Assembly: GCA_014802105.1 (NCBI GenBank)
Contig: JAAVCX010000033.1
Coordinates: 14,242-78,241, forward strand
DNA: 64,000 nucleotides
Direction of reading: 5' to 3'
Origin: Bacteroides sp.
Lineage (GTDB): Bacteria > Bacteroidota > Bacteroidia > Bacteroidales > Muribaculaceae
The notes under the pieces: model-generated
Told to the model about the DNA's origin: nothing
Database searches by the model: none
Seen by the model: the letters and a program-made list of their open reading frames with translations, nothing else
Shown: in pieces, positions 49,457-59,930 of the stretch
How positions within the stretch are numbered: the stretch's first letter is position 1
Layout: each line of letters starts with the position of its first letter
Translations under genes and position numbers: made by a program

Positions 49457-52400
49457 GTGGTTATAGTAAACCCGGATCACATTCCAAACATCACCTACAA
49501 CACGAAGACTCAGAGTAATATGCGCCCGTCGCGCGTTAACAACGACGACGGAACGGTAGCTCATCTGATTCCCGTCTCCGAGAATCCTACTCGTGTCGAC
49601 ATCGCGCCTATAGTGCATATAGGCGATGAGGATGCGTATGGTATCAAGCAGATTACCGACATGGAGGGCAACATCTACACCTCCTATCCCGGCTATTCCC
49701 AACTCTATGCCACCGACTTGGCCAAGGGTAAATGTTTCAAGGTGCTGACCGACGATCTTTCTAAAATCCGCACAGCTAAACTCATCATCACAGCCACTGA
49801 CGATCCCGCCAATCTCAAAGTATTGGGTCTGTCAAACTATCGTTTGGTCTACTCAGGCCGCGACTTTAAAGACGGCAAACTCGAGATAACCTTCGACCCG
49901 GCCACCGAGTACAACTGGTATATCTATGAGGCGAATGGCGAAGAGGTATTCAAGGCCACACTCGACGGCCAGAAACTATCCCGATCCAGCTGCTGGTTGC
50001 AGCTCGGCTCGTCAAGCACCGACCTCTCCTATGTCCCCGTCCACAATTTTAGTCTGAAAGACAAGAACGGCACCTCCAACGTAGTCGTAACCTCCAAGTT
50101 CCCCGACATACAGATACCGCTGAATTTCGAGTTTGTCAATGAAGGCGGCAATGAGACCAACCGCGCTTATCTGGCCGAAATGATCGAATACATCTCCGTC
50201 AACGGCACCAAGATCACCGACAAATCATGGGCCGACGAAGATTTCACCGTGCCCAACGGCAGCGATCTTATCGTCAAGATCAAACCTCAGTCTTTCGGCT
50301 TCTGGAAATTCAACAAGGCCTATTACAATGGCCAGGAAGTCAATCCTGCCAATATATTCCCGCTTTTTGTAGAGGGTGAGGACACCACGCCTCAGATCTA
50401 TAAGGTGACAGGCACCATGAACAACTACTGGCGCTACACTCTTAATCTTCCCGACATTGACAATGTTTCTATACGAGTCAGCGACATTTTGGAAAATGTC
50501 ACCACAAGCCCCTATCATGGCACAGCCGGAATGAATCCGCCCGTACTGACCCCCAGCGGCAAGAATGGCTACAAGGTCTACGACGTGCAGGTAGAAGGAC
50601 AGACCATACCTCTCGATGCCGACGGAAACTACACCATGACCCGCATGGACGAGGAGATCACCATCGTCCCCAAAAAGTATGAGCGCACCATACCTCTGCA
50701 GCTCTACTGCGACTACGGCAATTACAGCAACTATTACATCATCCTCGATCCGCTCGGACAGATGACTCAACGCAAAGATCTCGCCAAAGGCCTCCAGACC
50801 CTCATGATCAACCCCGACGACCTGCCCTTTGAGCTGGGTAACGAGGACAGCTATGTCTATGTCAACGGTGAGCTGCTCACCGAAAAGGATGAAAACGGAC
50901 TCCTGACCGGACTGAAAGGACTGACTTCCAGCGATCAGGTGAGCATCTTCACCACCAAGCCCCGCACACGCACGATCGTCCACAAAGAGTTCCCTGCCGG
51001 AGTTTCGGCCGACATCTATCACAACGGACTGAAAATCGCCGGCCCCGGCAATTACGAAGTGCTGCCCGGCACAGTGGTGAAATATGTAGTCACCTCCGGG
51101 TCAAACCTCGTGCTCGAGTCAGGTTCATCGGGTTCCTTCATCAACGCCGGCAATGACGGCAGCTATGAGTTTACCTCTAATTACGGCGGCACTTATTGGC
51201 TTCACCCCGCCAATTCCAAAGTGACCGTGACGGTAGATGCCGACGACTACAGTTATTTCCGTGCCTATATCGGCGACTATTCGCCCAAATTCACGTCTGC
51301 CACCGAAGAAATCTCTCTGCCCTACACCGATGCCTCTGACGCTACCTACTCCGTCAAATTCGCATGTGAAAAGTCCAATCGCCGCATAACTTCAGTAACC
51401 GCCACCCCCTCTGACGGCTTCTCCTTTGACGAGAAGACACTCACAGCCAATGGTGTTAGAAATGGTATGAAACTGACAGTGCAGTCTGAGAAATTTGATA
51501 AATTCTATAATTTCAAACTGTACACGACATTACCTCCCTTTTTTGAATTAGCTCCCGGTTCCGATCCCAAGTGGCCGTCATATCTTTTCCAGGGGCAGCC
51601 TGCTCAAATCAACCCTCCGGTTAATGTAGAACTCGCGCCCCACAGTGCCGATGAATTTTCTATGGCATACCCTGGATACTTCGGCTTCACTACTTCAGAG
51701 ACTTGGATCGAATTTACGGCAGATATGGGACAAACCTTTGAGGGTATCACGGAACTGGACTTCCCGCTGACAATGGATTTCAAATCGCTGGCACAGATCG
51801 CTACTCAATATGGCTACTATGCCAGGATCAATATAAACGGTGTTGACTATGATCTCGCTTCTCTTGAAACTGAAAGAGAGACACAATGGGGATTTACCGA
51901 GACTGTCTACATAATCACGATAGAGCAGCCTCAGGACATCACCGGCTCTATCTCCATTTATCCCGATTCATACGGTAGTTTCAGAGGCTCACGTGATTTC
52001 TATGTCAAAGGAGGCAACGTCCTTTACAGATACAACAATGGCGAGACCAAGACCTCAGGCACTCAGGCTATTCCTGTCCAGCCGGGCAGCCGTCTTGAAC
52101 TATGGCTCGATAATGGCAAGCCCTTTGAGAAATGTCAGCTTGAAGACCTTTTCGACGGATATGGCGATACCGGCCACATCACCGATCTCAAGCCCGATGA
52201 AAATAATCATTACATCATCGAGTTCCCGGCATTAGAAGAGTTTGCATCCGTTGATGAGAGTTACTACACCCAAAGCCAAGAGTTCAATCTGAACGTTGTG
52301 CTGCCCAAGATGCCTCTCACCGTGGTCTCTTCAGGCGAGGCCGGAAACATCTCGGTCGGTGATGTCACTGTGACCGGCGGAAACGGAACCATCCAGGTGG

Positions 52401-55012
52401 TGGAATCAAGTTCATCAGTCCTCAAATGTGTAGGGTCAGACTATCGCATAGTGGAAGTCCTCGACAAGAGCACCGGTGTGCCTCTCGACTTCGACATACA
52501 CACAGGCAAGGTGTCAGGCCTCGCCGAAGGCATGACTATCGAGGTCAAGACGGAGAAATATGAACGAGACAAGTCGTTCAGAGTCTATTTTGACAACGCA
52601 GCTCCCACCAACCGCTCGCTTGTCCTCGCCCCGGGCACCCCTTACGAGAAAACCGTCACCCTCGGTAGCTCAATCAATACACCCTACACGGTCAACTACA
52701 ATCCCGACGACCTGCCGGTGAAGTTGAACTTCAATTATTATGGCTATTCCTATCCGACCATAATAATCAACAACGAGATCATCACTCATCAGGGCAATGG
52801 TGTATACGATCTTCCCGCCGTGTTCCCCGACAATACAGTCATGCGTGTCTACAACAGCACCGCGCGCGCAAAACTCGTCGACGTGACCTTCACCGTCGAT
52901 GATGGTCTCGACATCGCCGTTACTCAGGACGACGTGGCGCTCAACGATCTGACATCCACCCTGCGCCTTGCGGCAGGTTCGTTAATTGTGTTTGCCGAAA
53001 AGCCCGGAAATAAGTTTGACTACGAGATCCTTCAGGGTTCCACCAAGCTCACCAATCCCAAGGTAGCTCTCCCCACCACGGCTACCGCCTACACTATCCG
53101 CAAGACCTACAACACCATTACCCTCAACACTACGGGCGACATCGACCTCTCGTCAATGAACATCCTCGATGCCGACGGCAATCCCTATACCGTCGAGAAC
53201 GGAGCAATCAAGGTGCCCACCCGCGTCAAGAGCCTCACTTTCGTCCCGACGGTCGAAGACATCTACTTCGCCGAAGCCTCCGTCTCGGGCGGATCGATGA
53301 AGTTTGACAAGGACTCGGGAGAGCTCACCGACCTCTCGTCGGGCAGCCTCAGCCTCATCACCGCCACCGTAGAGCGCGAGCAGGAGGTGACGATCTTTGT
53401 CGAGACCGGCGACGAGCTCTCAGGCGCTCAGATCACCCTCGGCAACGGTAAGACCATCGAGACCGGCGTGGCTCTCTCGGGCGGATCCCAGATTGTGAAA
53501 TTCAGCGAGGAAGACCTGCCTATCATCTTCAAGCTCCCCGAGTCTTATCTCGGCGATGGAGACACCTCCGTCGATCCTTCCAAGCTTCCCGTAGTATATG
53601 TCAACGATCAGCAGCTCGAATACTCCGAGGAGCATGGCGGTTACATATTCCCGACCGATGCGTTCAATGATCCCGCCAATCCCCCGAGCATCAAGATCTA
53701 TGCCGCTCAGCCCGATCCGGTTGAGATCACCTATCTCGTCGAACCCGGCATCACATTCAATGCCGTCGCCGACAAGGACACTGAGAACGCCGTCACCGAG
53801 GCTTCGACCGTAGCACTCCTGCCCGGTACTCTGGTAGAGATCAATGCCACCGCCACCAAGAGCGACGAGATCATCTTCATCGAGATCGACGGCGAGACCA
53901 TCATGGAGGGTAAAGATCTCAACTACTCTTTCACCGTAGGCTCTTCAGTCCAGACCATCAAGATCATGCGCAAGAAAGTGATGCTGACCGTCAAGTGTGA
54001 CACCGAGTGGAACTCCGTACGTGTCAACGGCAACGGCTTCTCTTATCCCATGTATGCAGCCGAGTCGGAACTCGAGTTCCCCGTAGGAACCACCCAGATA
54101 ACCCTCCGCTCCATATCCGACAATCGTTGTGTGGCAAAGGTCATCAATGCCTCCACAGGCTCCGAACTCACTTTTGATGCAGTGACCGGAGTAGTGAGCG
54201 GTGTTACCGACAAGATGCAGATCTCGCTCGTGATGGGCGACTTCACCCGTGACCGCCAGCTCACGCTCTACCTCGAGGAGACCGATAACGATGTCTCCCC
54301 CTCGGCTTCGGTCGTTCTCTCGAGCGGCAAGGCTGTTGAGAAGGAGATAGCGTTGCTGACCGGCTATCAGGAGATAATGTTTGCCGACTCCGATCTGCCC
54401 CTGGCTGTCATCAACACCGCCGACAATGCCGAGCCCCTCTCAGTCTATGTCGACGGAACCGAGATCAGCTATACCGAGGGATCGGGTTATAGCTTCCCCT
54501 CACAACTTGCCGACAATCCTGTGGTCAAGATCTTCACCGAGAGCCAGCGTTCGGTAAGCGTGGAATATGAGGTCTATGTCCCCGACTATGTTGTTGAAAT
54601 CACTCATGACCGACACACAGTCGTCGACCACACCAAGCGCCACAGCGTACTGCCGGGCACCGAGATAACCTTCCGCTTCAGCCCCAGGGCTGCCTCCCGT
54701 GCCTACACCCCCTCGAGAGCGGCTGCCGAGACCCCCTCGGTACTCGTCAATGACGAGCCGCTGAGTGCCGATGCCAATGGTGTCTATACTCTCAAAGTCA
54801 CCCGTCAGCATGCCGATACCGGAGTACACGTCTCTCTGTCTCAGGGCGATGACTCATTAGGAATTGAAGAGATACTCGACGACGCCACTGCCGCCGATGT
54901 CTACGACCTCGCGGGTCGCCGGGTGCTCAGGAATGCCTTCCGCGAAGACATCGAGAAGCTCCCCTCGGGTGTCTACATCATCAACGGCCGGAAAGTACTC
55001 ATAGGCAAGTAA
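49457..55012 (+). CDS. Large repetitive beta-rich surface protein with T9SS type-A C-terminal sorting domain (true start probably 49327 via frameshift)
   Basis: C-terminus GIEEI...VYDLAGRRV...LPSGVYIINGRKVLI; internal repeats containing DLP; reading frame open from 49379. Confidence 0.85.
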   Translation: MVIVNPDHIPNITYNTKTQSNMRPSRVNNDDGTVAHLIPVSENPTRVDIAPIVHIGDEDAYGIKQITDMEGNIYTSYPGYSQLYATDLAKGKCFKVLTDDLSKIRTAKLIITATDDPANLKVLGLSNYRLVYSGRDFKDGKLEITFDPATEYNWYIYEANGEEVFKATLDGQKLSRSSCWLQLGSSSTDLSYVPVHNFSLKDKNGTSNVVVTSKFPDIQIPLNFEFVNEGGNETNRAYLAEMIEYISVNGTKITDKSWADEDFTVPNGSDLIVKIKPQSFGFWKFNKAYYNGQEVNPANIFPLFVEGEDTTPQIYKVTGTMNNYWRYTLNLPDIDNVSIRVSDILENVTTSPYHGTAGMNPPVLTPSGKNGYKVYDVQVEGQTIPLDADGNYTMTRMDEEITIVPKKYERTIPLQLYCDYGNYSNYYIILDPLGQMTQRKDLAKGLQTLMINPDDLPFELGNEDSYVYVNGELLTEKDENGLLTGLKGLTSSDQVSIFTTKPRTRTIVHKEFPAGVSADIYHNGLKIAGPGNYEVLPGTVVKYVVTSGSNLVLESGSSGSFINAGNDGSYEFTSNYGGTYWLHPANSKVTVTVDADDYSYFRAYIGDYSPKFTSATEEISLPYTDASDATYSVKFACEKSNRRITSVTATPSDGFSFDEKTLTANGVRNGMKLTVQSEKFDKFYNFKLYTTLPPFFELAPGSDPKWPSYLFQGQPAQINPPVNVELAPHSADEFSMAYPGYFGFTTSETWIEFTADMGQTFEGITELDFPLTMDFKSLAQIATQYGYYARININGVDYDLASLETERETQWGFTETVYIITIEQPQDITGSISIYPDSYGSFRGSRDFYVKGGNVLYRYNNGETKTSGTQAIPVQPGSRLELWLDNGKPFEKCQLEDLFDGYGDTGHITDLKPDENNHYIIEFPALEEFASVDESYYTQSQEFNLNVVLPKMPLTVVSSGEAGNISVGDVTVTGGNGTIQVVESSSSVLKCVGSDYRIVEVLDKSTGVPLDFDIHTGKVSGLAEGMTIEVKTEKYERDKSFRVYFDNAAPTNRSLVLAPGTPYEKTVTLGSSINTPYTVNYNPDDLPVKLNFNYYGYSYPTIIINNEIITHQGNGVYDLPAVFPDNTVMRVYNSTARAKLVDVTFTVDDGLDIAVTQDDVALNDLTSTLRLAAGSLIVFAEKPGNKFDYEILQGSTKLTNPKVALPTTATAYTIRKTYNTITLNTTGDIDLSSMNILDADGNPYTVENGAIKVPTRVKSLTFVPTVEDIYFAEASVSGGSMKFDKDSGELTDLSSGSLSLITATVEREQEVTIFVETGDELSGAQITLGNGKTIETGVALSGGSQIVKFSEEDLPIIFKLPESYLGDGDTSVDPSKLPVVYVNDQQLEYSEEHGGYIFPTDAFNDPANPPSIKIYAAQPDPVEITYLVEPGITFNAVADKDTENAVTEASTVALLPGTLVEINATATKSDEIIFIEIDGETIMEGKDLNYSFTVGSSVQTIKIMRKKVMLTVKCDTEWNSVRVNGNGFSYPMYAAESELEFPVGTTQITLRSISDNRCVAKVINASTGSELTFDAVTGVVSGVTDKMQISLVMGDFTRDRQLTLYLEETDNDVSPSASVVLSSGKAVEKEIALLTGYQEIMFADSDLPLAVINTADNAEPLSVYVDGTEISYTEGSGYSFPSQLADNPVVKIFTESQRSVSVEYEVYVPDYVVEITHDRHTVVDHTKRHSVLPGTEITFRFSPRAASRAYTPSRAAAETPSVLVNDEPLSADANGVYTLKVTRQHADTGVHVSLSQGDDSLGIEEILDDATAADVYDLAGRRVLRNAFREDIEKLPSGVYIINGRKVLIGK

Positions 55013-55032
55013 ACAGCCTCACGCTTAGAACA

Positions 55033-55075
55033 CAAAGGACGCTAAGATTACCAATCTTAGCGTCCTTTGCTGTTT
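55033..55075 (+). terminator. Terminator-like perfect 17-bp hairpin
   Basis: caaaggacgctaagatt-acc-aatcttagcgtcctttg. Confidence 0.8.
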
Positions 55076-55237
55076 AGGCGCAGGTTTGCCGCAGGTGAAT
55101 CATCTTCACTACGGGTACAAATATAATGCACCTCATGCGAGAATAATTACCGTAGAAAAACTCTTTGCGTGCTCCGCGTTCTTTGCGCGAGCTTTTAGGG
55201 CAATAATCACGCGCGCGCATACGTTACAATTGACATA

Positions 55238-58200
55238 GTGAAGCGTTTCCCGATACTCTGCTCCCCGGCGCGCGATCATGCCGGTCGCGTCCTGGTGATC
55301 ATGACCGTGGTCTTGACCGCGGTCTTGCTCGGCGCATGCTCCACCAAGAAAAACACAGCAGCCTCGCGCAACTATCAGGCTTTCATCACCCGCTACAACG
55401 TCTACTTTAACGGCGACCAGCACTACAAGGAGACTCTCAAGGAGATGGAGACCGCCTATCAGGACGACTATTCGGGCCCGTTGCTCATGCACCCGGCCGA
55501 GGCTCTGGCCATCCCTTCGGCCCCCCAGCCCTCGGGATCGTTCACACGCTCGATCGAGAAAGCCCAGAAAGCTATCCAGCTCCACAGCATACGCCGCCGC
55601 CCTGCCCCCAGACGCGGCAAGAGCGCCGACCCCGAATATAAAAAGTGGATGAAACGCGAGGAATACAATCCGTTTCTCCACAACGCCTGGATGATGATGG
55701 GACGCGCCCAGTATATGAACGGCGATTTCACCGGTGCGGCCGCCACCTTTTCCTACGTCTCCAAACATTTCACCTGGCTCCCGGCCACAGTCACCGAAGC
55801 GCGCCTCTGGGAAGCCCGCTGTTACTGTGCGCTCGACTGGCTCTGGGAGGCCGAGACTATCGTCTCACGCATCAAGGAGGATGCACTGACCTCGTCTCAC
55901 CTGCGCGAGCTGTGGAATTTCACCACGGCCGACCTGCTCGTCCGACAACGTGAATACTCCCAAGCCATCCCCTATCTGCGCGAGGCAGCCAGGCTCGCCG
56001 GCGGCCCCCAGAAGTCGAGACTCTACTTTATCTTAGGTCGCGTCTGCGCAATGGCCGGTCAGAACGCCTTGGCATACGAAGCCTACTCCAAAGCCTCGTC
56101 GGGATCAGCCTCACAACGCGCACGCTTCAACGCGCGCATCAAGCAGAGCGAAGTCTATGACGGCGCCGACATCACTCCCGAGGTCAAAGCCCTGCAACGG
56201 CTGGGACGATATGGCTCGAACCGGGAGTATCTCGATCAGATCTACTATGCCATCGGCAACCTCTATCTATCGCGCGGCGACACCCTCAAGGCACTCGAAA
56301 ACTACAATCTGGCCGTCAAGAAATCGACCCGCAACGGTATAGACAAAGCCATAGTGCTCACGGCCCTGGGCGACCTGGAGTTTGCCCGCGGACGCTACGA
56401 TCTGGCCCAGAGCGCCTACTCGGAGGGTCTGTCACAGCTCCCCGAGACCTGGCCCGGGCTGGAGGAGAAGAAGCGGCGCAGCGATGTGCTCGACGAGCTG
56501 GCGGTCTACACCCAGAACGTCGTGCTCAACGACTCCCTGCTACGGCTGGCCTCCCTCCCCGAAGCCGAGAGACTGAAAGTCATCGACGGCATCATCGATG
56601 CACTGAAGAAAAAAGAAAAAGAGGAGGCCGAAGAGGCCCGGCGCGAAGAATATCTGGCAGCGCGCGAAGCCGACGGTTCGGGCCTCAACACACAGGGTGT
56701 CAAAGCCCCCCAGCAGTTTGCGCTCAACACCGACGATTCATGGTACTTCTACAACGAAGCCACCCGCAACGCCGGCCGCACGGAGTTTCAGCGCCGCTGG
56801 GGCTCCCGCAAGCTCGAGGACGACTGGCGACGACGCAACAAGACCTCCTACACTCTCGACGACGACACCGATACCGATCAGGCCGATGAGGATGACGAGA
56901 CTGAAATGGCCGACCCGGCTGACTCTCCCGACAAGCCCGACGCTAAAGCCGAAGCCGAAGCCGAAGCCGCCAAACGGGCCGCCGACCCCCATTATCCCGA
57001 ATACTATATCAAGCAGATCCCCGTCACCGAACTGCAGAAAACCACCGCCCGCGACATCATCCAGGAGGGACTCTACAATTCAGGTCTCATACTCAAGGAT
57101 CGCCTCGAGGACTATGGCGCGGCCGACCGCGAGTGGGATCGTCTCATGAACGAGTTCCCCTCCAACGTCTACCGCCTCGACGTCTACCACAACCGCTATC
57201 TCATGTATATGCGTCAGGGTCGTGAAGATCTCGCCGAGCCCTACCGCCTGTTGATCATCTCGCAATTTCCCGACACTCAGCTCGCCCTGGCCATGGCCGA
57301 CCCCGCCTACCTGTCGAAACTCAAGTCCATGCCCGCCGAGCAGCAACGGCTCTACGACGCCACCTACGAAGCCTATCTCGACAACCGCAACGCCCAAGTA
57401 CACGACTCTTACGCCCGCGCCCAGGAGGAATATCCCCTCTCGCCGCTGCTTCCCAAATTCATGTTCCTCCACGCCCTGGCCTACGTCACCGAGGAGAAAC
57501 CCGAGGAGTTCCGCCAAGTGCTCGCCACTATCATGGAGTGTTATCCCGATGCCGACGTCACCCCCCTGGCCGCCTCCTGGCATCAGGGTCTCACCCAGGG
57601 GCGTCAGCTCCACTCCCCCGCGGGAGGCAACACCCGCAGCATGATCTGGGACATACGCCTCACCAACGATTCCACCCTGCTGGCCTCGGGCGAGAAAGTG
57701 GCGCTCGAGTTCACCGTAGCCCCCGAGGAGCCCCACTATCTCGTGTTGCTCTTTGAGACCGACCGTGTCTCGCCCAACCGTCTGCTCTACGAAGTGGCCC
57801 GCCACAACTTCTCGACCTACACCGTCAAGGATTTTGATCTCGAGGTCATGAACTTCGGGCCGCTCGGGCTCCTGGTCATAAAGGGTTTTGACAACAAGGC
57901 CCAGCTCGACCACTACCGGTCGCTGCTGTCACGCGACTCGGGAGTGACACTACCACTCGAAGTGCGCCCCGTCGAGATCAGCAAGTCCAACTTCGACCTG
58001 CTGTTGGGTGGAGGTGGCTCCTTTGACGACTACTTCCGTTTCATCGGCGAGGAAGAGATAAGATCCACCCACGAGAGCGTGCTCCCGCCCGACGAGTTTG
58101 AAGGCCCCGAAGCCCTCCGACGCCTTGCCGAAGAAATGCAGCAAGAGCCCCCCGCAGAAACCTCCAAAGACTCTGATAACTCTAAGGACTCTGATAACTC

Positions 58201-58336
58201 TAAGGACTCTGATAACTCTAATAACTCTGATAGCTCTAATAACTCTGTTAACTCCGAGATCACTAAAGATCCTCCCGTCATTACCACTACCCCCGAGCTC
58301 TACCCATTAGGCTCTGAGGGCGACGAAGACGACTGA
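55238..58336 (+). CDS. porW: T9SS TPR lipoprotein PorW/SprE
   Basis: Lipobox LGAC-STKKNT, TRYNVYFNG, WYFYN, F..RWG.RKLEDDWRR, TPRs; start may be ATG 55301. Confidence 0.85.
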   Translation: MKRFPILCSPARDHAGRVLVIMTVVLTAVLLGACSTKKNTAASRNYQAFITRYNVYFNGDQHYKETLKEMETAYQDDYSGPLLMHPAEALAIPSAPQPSGSFTRSIEKAQKAIQLHSIRRRPAPRRGKSADPEYKKWMKREEYNPFLHNAWMMMGRAQYMNGDFTGAAATFSYVSKHFTWLPATVTEARLWEARCYCALDWLWEAETIVSRIKEDALTSSHLRELWNFTTADLLVRQREYSQAIPYLREAARLAGGPQKSRLYFILGRVCAMAGQNALAYEAYSKASSGSASQRARFNARIKQSEVYDGADITPEVKALQRLGRYGSNREYLDQIYYAIGNLYLSRGDTLKALENYNLAVKKSTRNGIDKAIVLTALGDLEFARGRYDLAQSAYSEGLSQLPETWPGLEEKKRRSDVLDELAVYTQNVVLNDSLLRLASLPEAERLKVIDGIIDALKKKEKEEAEEARREEYLAAREADGSGLNTQGVKAPQQFALNTDDSWYFYNEATRNAGRTEFQRRWGSRKLEDDWRRRNKTSYTLDDDTDTDQADEDDETEMADPADSPDKPDAKAEAEAEAAKRAADPHYPEYYIKQIPVTELQKTTARDIIQEGLYNSGLILKDRLEDYGAADREWDRLMNEFPSNVYRLDVYHNRYLMYMRQGREDLAEPYRLLIISQFPDTQLALAMADPAYLSKLKSMPAEQQRLYDATYEAYLDNRNAQVHDSYARAQEEYPLSPLLPKFMFLHALAYVTEEKPEEFRQVLATIMECYPDADVTPLAASWHQGLTQGRQLHSPAGGNTRSMIWDIRLTNDSTLLASGEKVALEFTVAPEEPHYLVLLFETDRVSPNRLLYEVARHNFSTYTVKDFDLEVMNFGPLGLLVIKGFDNKAQLDHYRSLLSRDSGVTLPLEVRPVEISKSNFDLLLGGGGSFDDYFRFIGEEEIRSTHESVLPPDEFEGPEALRRLAEEMQQEPPAETSKDSDNSKDSDNSKDSDNSNNSDSSNNSVNSEITKDPPVITTTPELYPLGSEGDEDD
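58163..58255 (+). repeat. In-frame 9/18-bp tandem repeat encoding (SKDSDN)n
   Basis: aaggactctgataactct units visible. Confidence 0.85.
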
Positions 58337-58376
58337 CCTCTCCACACTCTATATACTCTATACTCCAAAACTATAA

Positions 58377-59930
58377 ATGTCCAAGATCCTCTGGGCCGAC
58401 GACGAGATCGATCTCCTCAAGCCCCACATAATGTTCCTCAAGGCCAAAGGCTATGAAGTCGCCACCTGCTGCAGCGGTGCCGACGCTCTCTCCATGGTCG
58501 AAGACACCCCGTACGATCTCATCATACTCGACGAGAATATGCCCGGACTCTCCGGCCTGGAAACCCTTCAGCGCATCAAGCTTTCGGCCCCCCATATCCC
58601 CGTGATCATGATCACAAAAAGCGAGGAGGAGAACATCATGGATCAAGCCGTCGGGAGCAAGATCGCCGACTATCTCATCAAGCCCGTCAACCCCTCACAG
58701 ATACTCTCTTCCATCAAGAAAAATCTCCACAGCTCACGCCTGGAGAGCGAGAACACCGCCAACGCCTACCGCCGCGACTTCCAGCGCATAGCCTCGCTCA
58801 TCAACAACTGCGACACCCTGGGCGACTGGATGGAACTCTACCGCGCCCTGACCCGTTGGGAGCTGCGGCTCTCGGGGTCTGACAGCGCTATGGACGAGCT
58901 GCTCGACATGCAGCGCACCGAGGCCGAGGGACTTTTCGCCCGTTTCGTGGCCCGCAACTATGAGTCTTGGGTCACGGCGCCGACCTCCTCGCCCGAGAGG
59001 CCGCTCATGTCGCCCGACATCTTCCGCCGGCGACTGTTCCCGATGCTCGACGACCGCGAGAAAGTCTTCTTCATCCTCATCGACAACTTCCGGCTCGACC
59101 AATGGGAAGCAGTCAAGCCCCTGCTGGCCGACAGCTTCACTATGCGCGAGGAGCTCTACTGCTCGATACTCCCGACTGCCACCCAATATGCCCGCAACGC
59201 TATTTTCTCGGGACTCATGCCCATCGACATCTCACGCATGTTCCCGGCCCTCTGGGTCGACGAGGACTCGGAAGAGGGCAAAAATCTCAACGAGTCACCG
59301 CTGATAGCCACACAATTTGAGCGCTACCGGCGCAAATGTCGTTTCTCCTACACCAAGATCTACGACTCGCCGGGATGTGACAAACTGGTGCGCGAGCTCT
59401 CCAATCTGCTCGACAACGACCTCAACGTCGTGGTCATAAACTTTATCGACATGCTCTCCCATGCGCGCACAGAGTCGCTGATGATACGCGAGCTGGCATC
59501 GTCTGACGCGGCCTACCGCTCCATCACAGAGTCATGGTTCCGCCACTCGCCGGCCCTCGACCTCTTCAGGGCCATCGCCGCCCGAGGCTGGAAGATCATC
59601 CTCACTACCGACCACGGCACAACCCGCGTAGACCGTCCTCTCAAGGTCGTGGGCGACCGCAACACCAACACCGCCCTGCGTTACAAAGTGGGCAAGAGCC
59701 TCGACTATCCGCGCAAGGAGGTCTATGAGATCAAACACCCCGCGGCTATGGGGCTCCCCTCCCCCAACGTCTCCTCAACCTATATCTTTGCCAACAGGCG
59801 CGACTTCTTCGCCTACCCCAACAACTACAACCACTACGTACAATACTACACGGGCACCTTCCAGCACGGAGGCATCTCCATGCAGGAAATGCTCATTCCA
59901 CTCATCACCCTTACACCCAAAGACCAATGA
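58377..59930 (+). CDS. porX: PorX response regulator (receiver + PglZ domain)
   Basis: ILWADDE, LDENMPG, ILPTATQYARNAIFSG, TTDHG, FQHGG.S. Confidence 0.93.
   Translation: MSKILWADDEIDLLKPHIMFLKAKGYEVATCCSGADALSMVEDTPYDLIILDENMPGLSGLETLQRIKLSAPHIPVIMITKSEEENIMDQAVGSKIADYLIKPVNPSQILSSIKKNLHSSRLESENTANAYRRDFQRIASLINNCDTLGDWMELYRALTRWELRLSGSDSAMDELLDMQRTEAEGLFARFVARNYESWVTAPTSSPERPLMSPDIFRRRLFPMLDDREKVFFILIDNFRLDQWEAVKPLLADSFTMREELYCSILPTATQYARNAIFSGLMPIDISRMFPALWVDEDSEEGKNLNESPLIATQFERYRRKCRFSYTKIYDSPGCDKLVRELSNLLDNDLNVVVINFIDMLSHARTESLMIRELASSDAAYRSITESWFRHSPALDLFRAIAARGWKIILTTDHGTTRVDRPLKVVGDRNTNTALRYKVGKSLDYPRKEVYEIKHPAAMGLPSPNVSSTYIFANRRDFFAYPNNYNHYVQYYTGTFQHGGISMQEMLIPLITLTPKDQ

Noticed and set aside
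58163-58255. Tandem repeats as a CRISPR array
   Set aside because: No spacers, units too short, in-frame within a gene, no cas genes.
58377-59930. PglZ domain as part of a BREX defence system
   Set aside because: Receiver-PglZ fusion next to tsaE and porW is the PorX regulator; no brx genes present.
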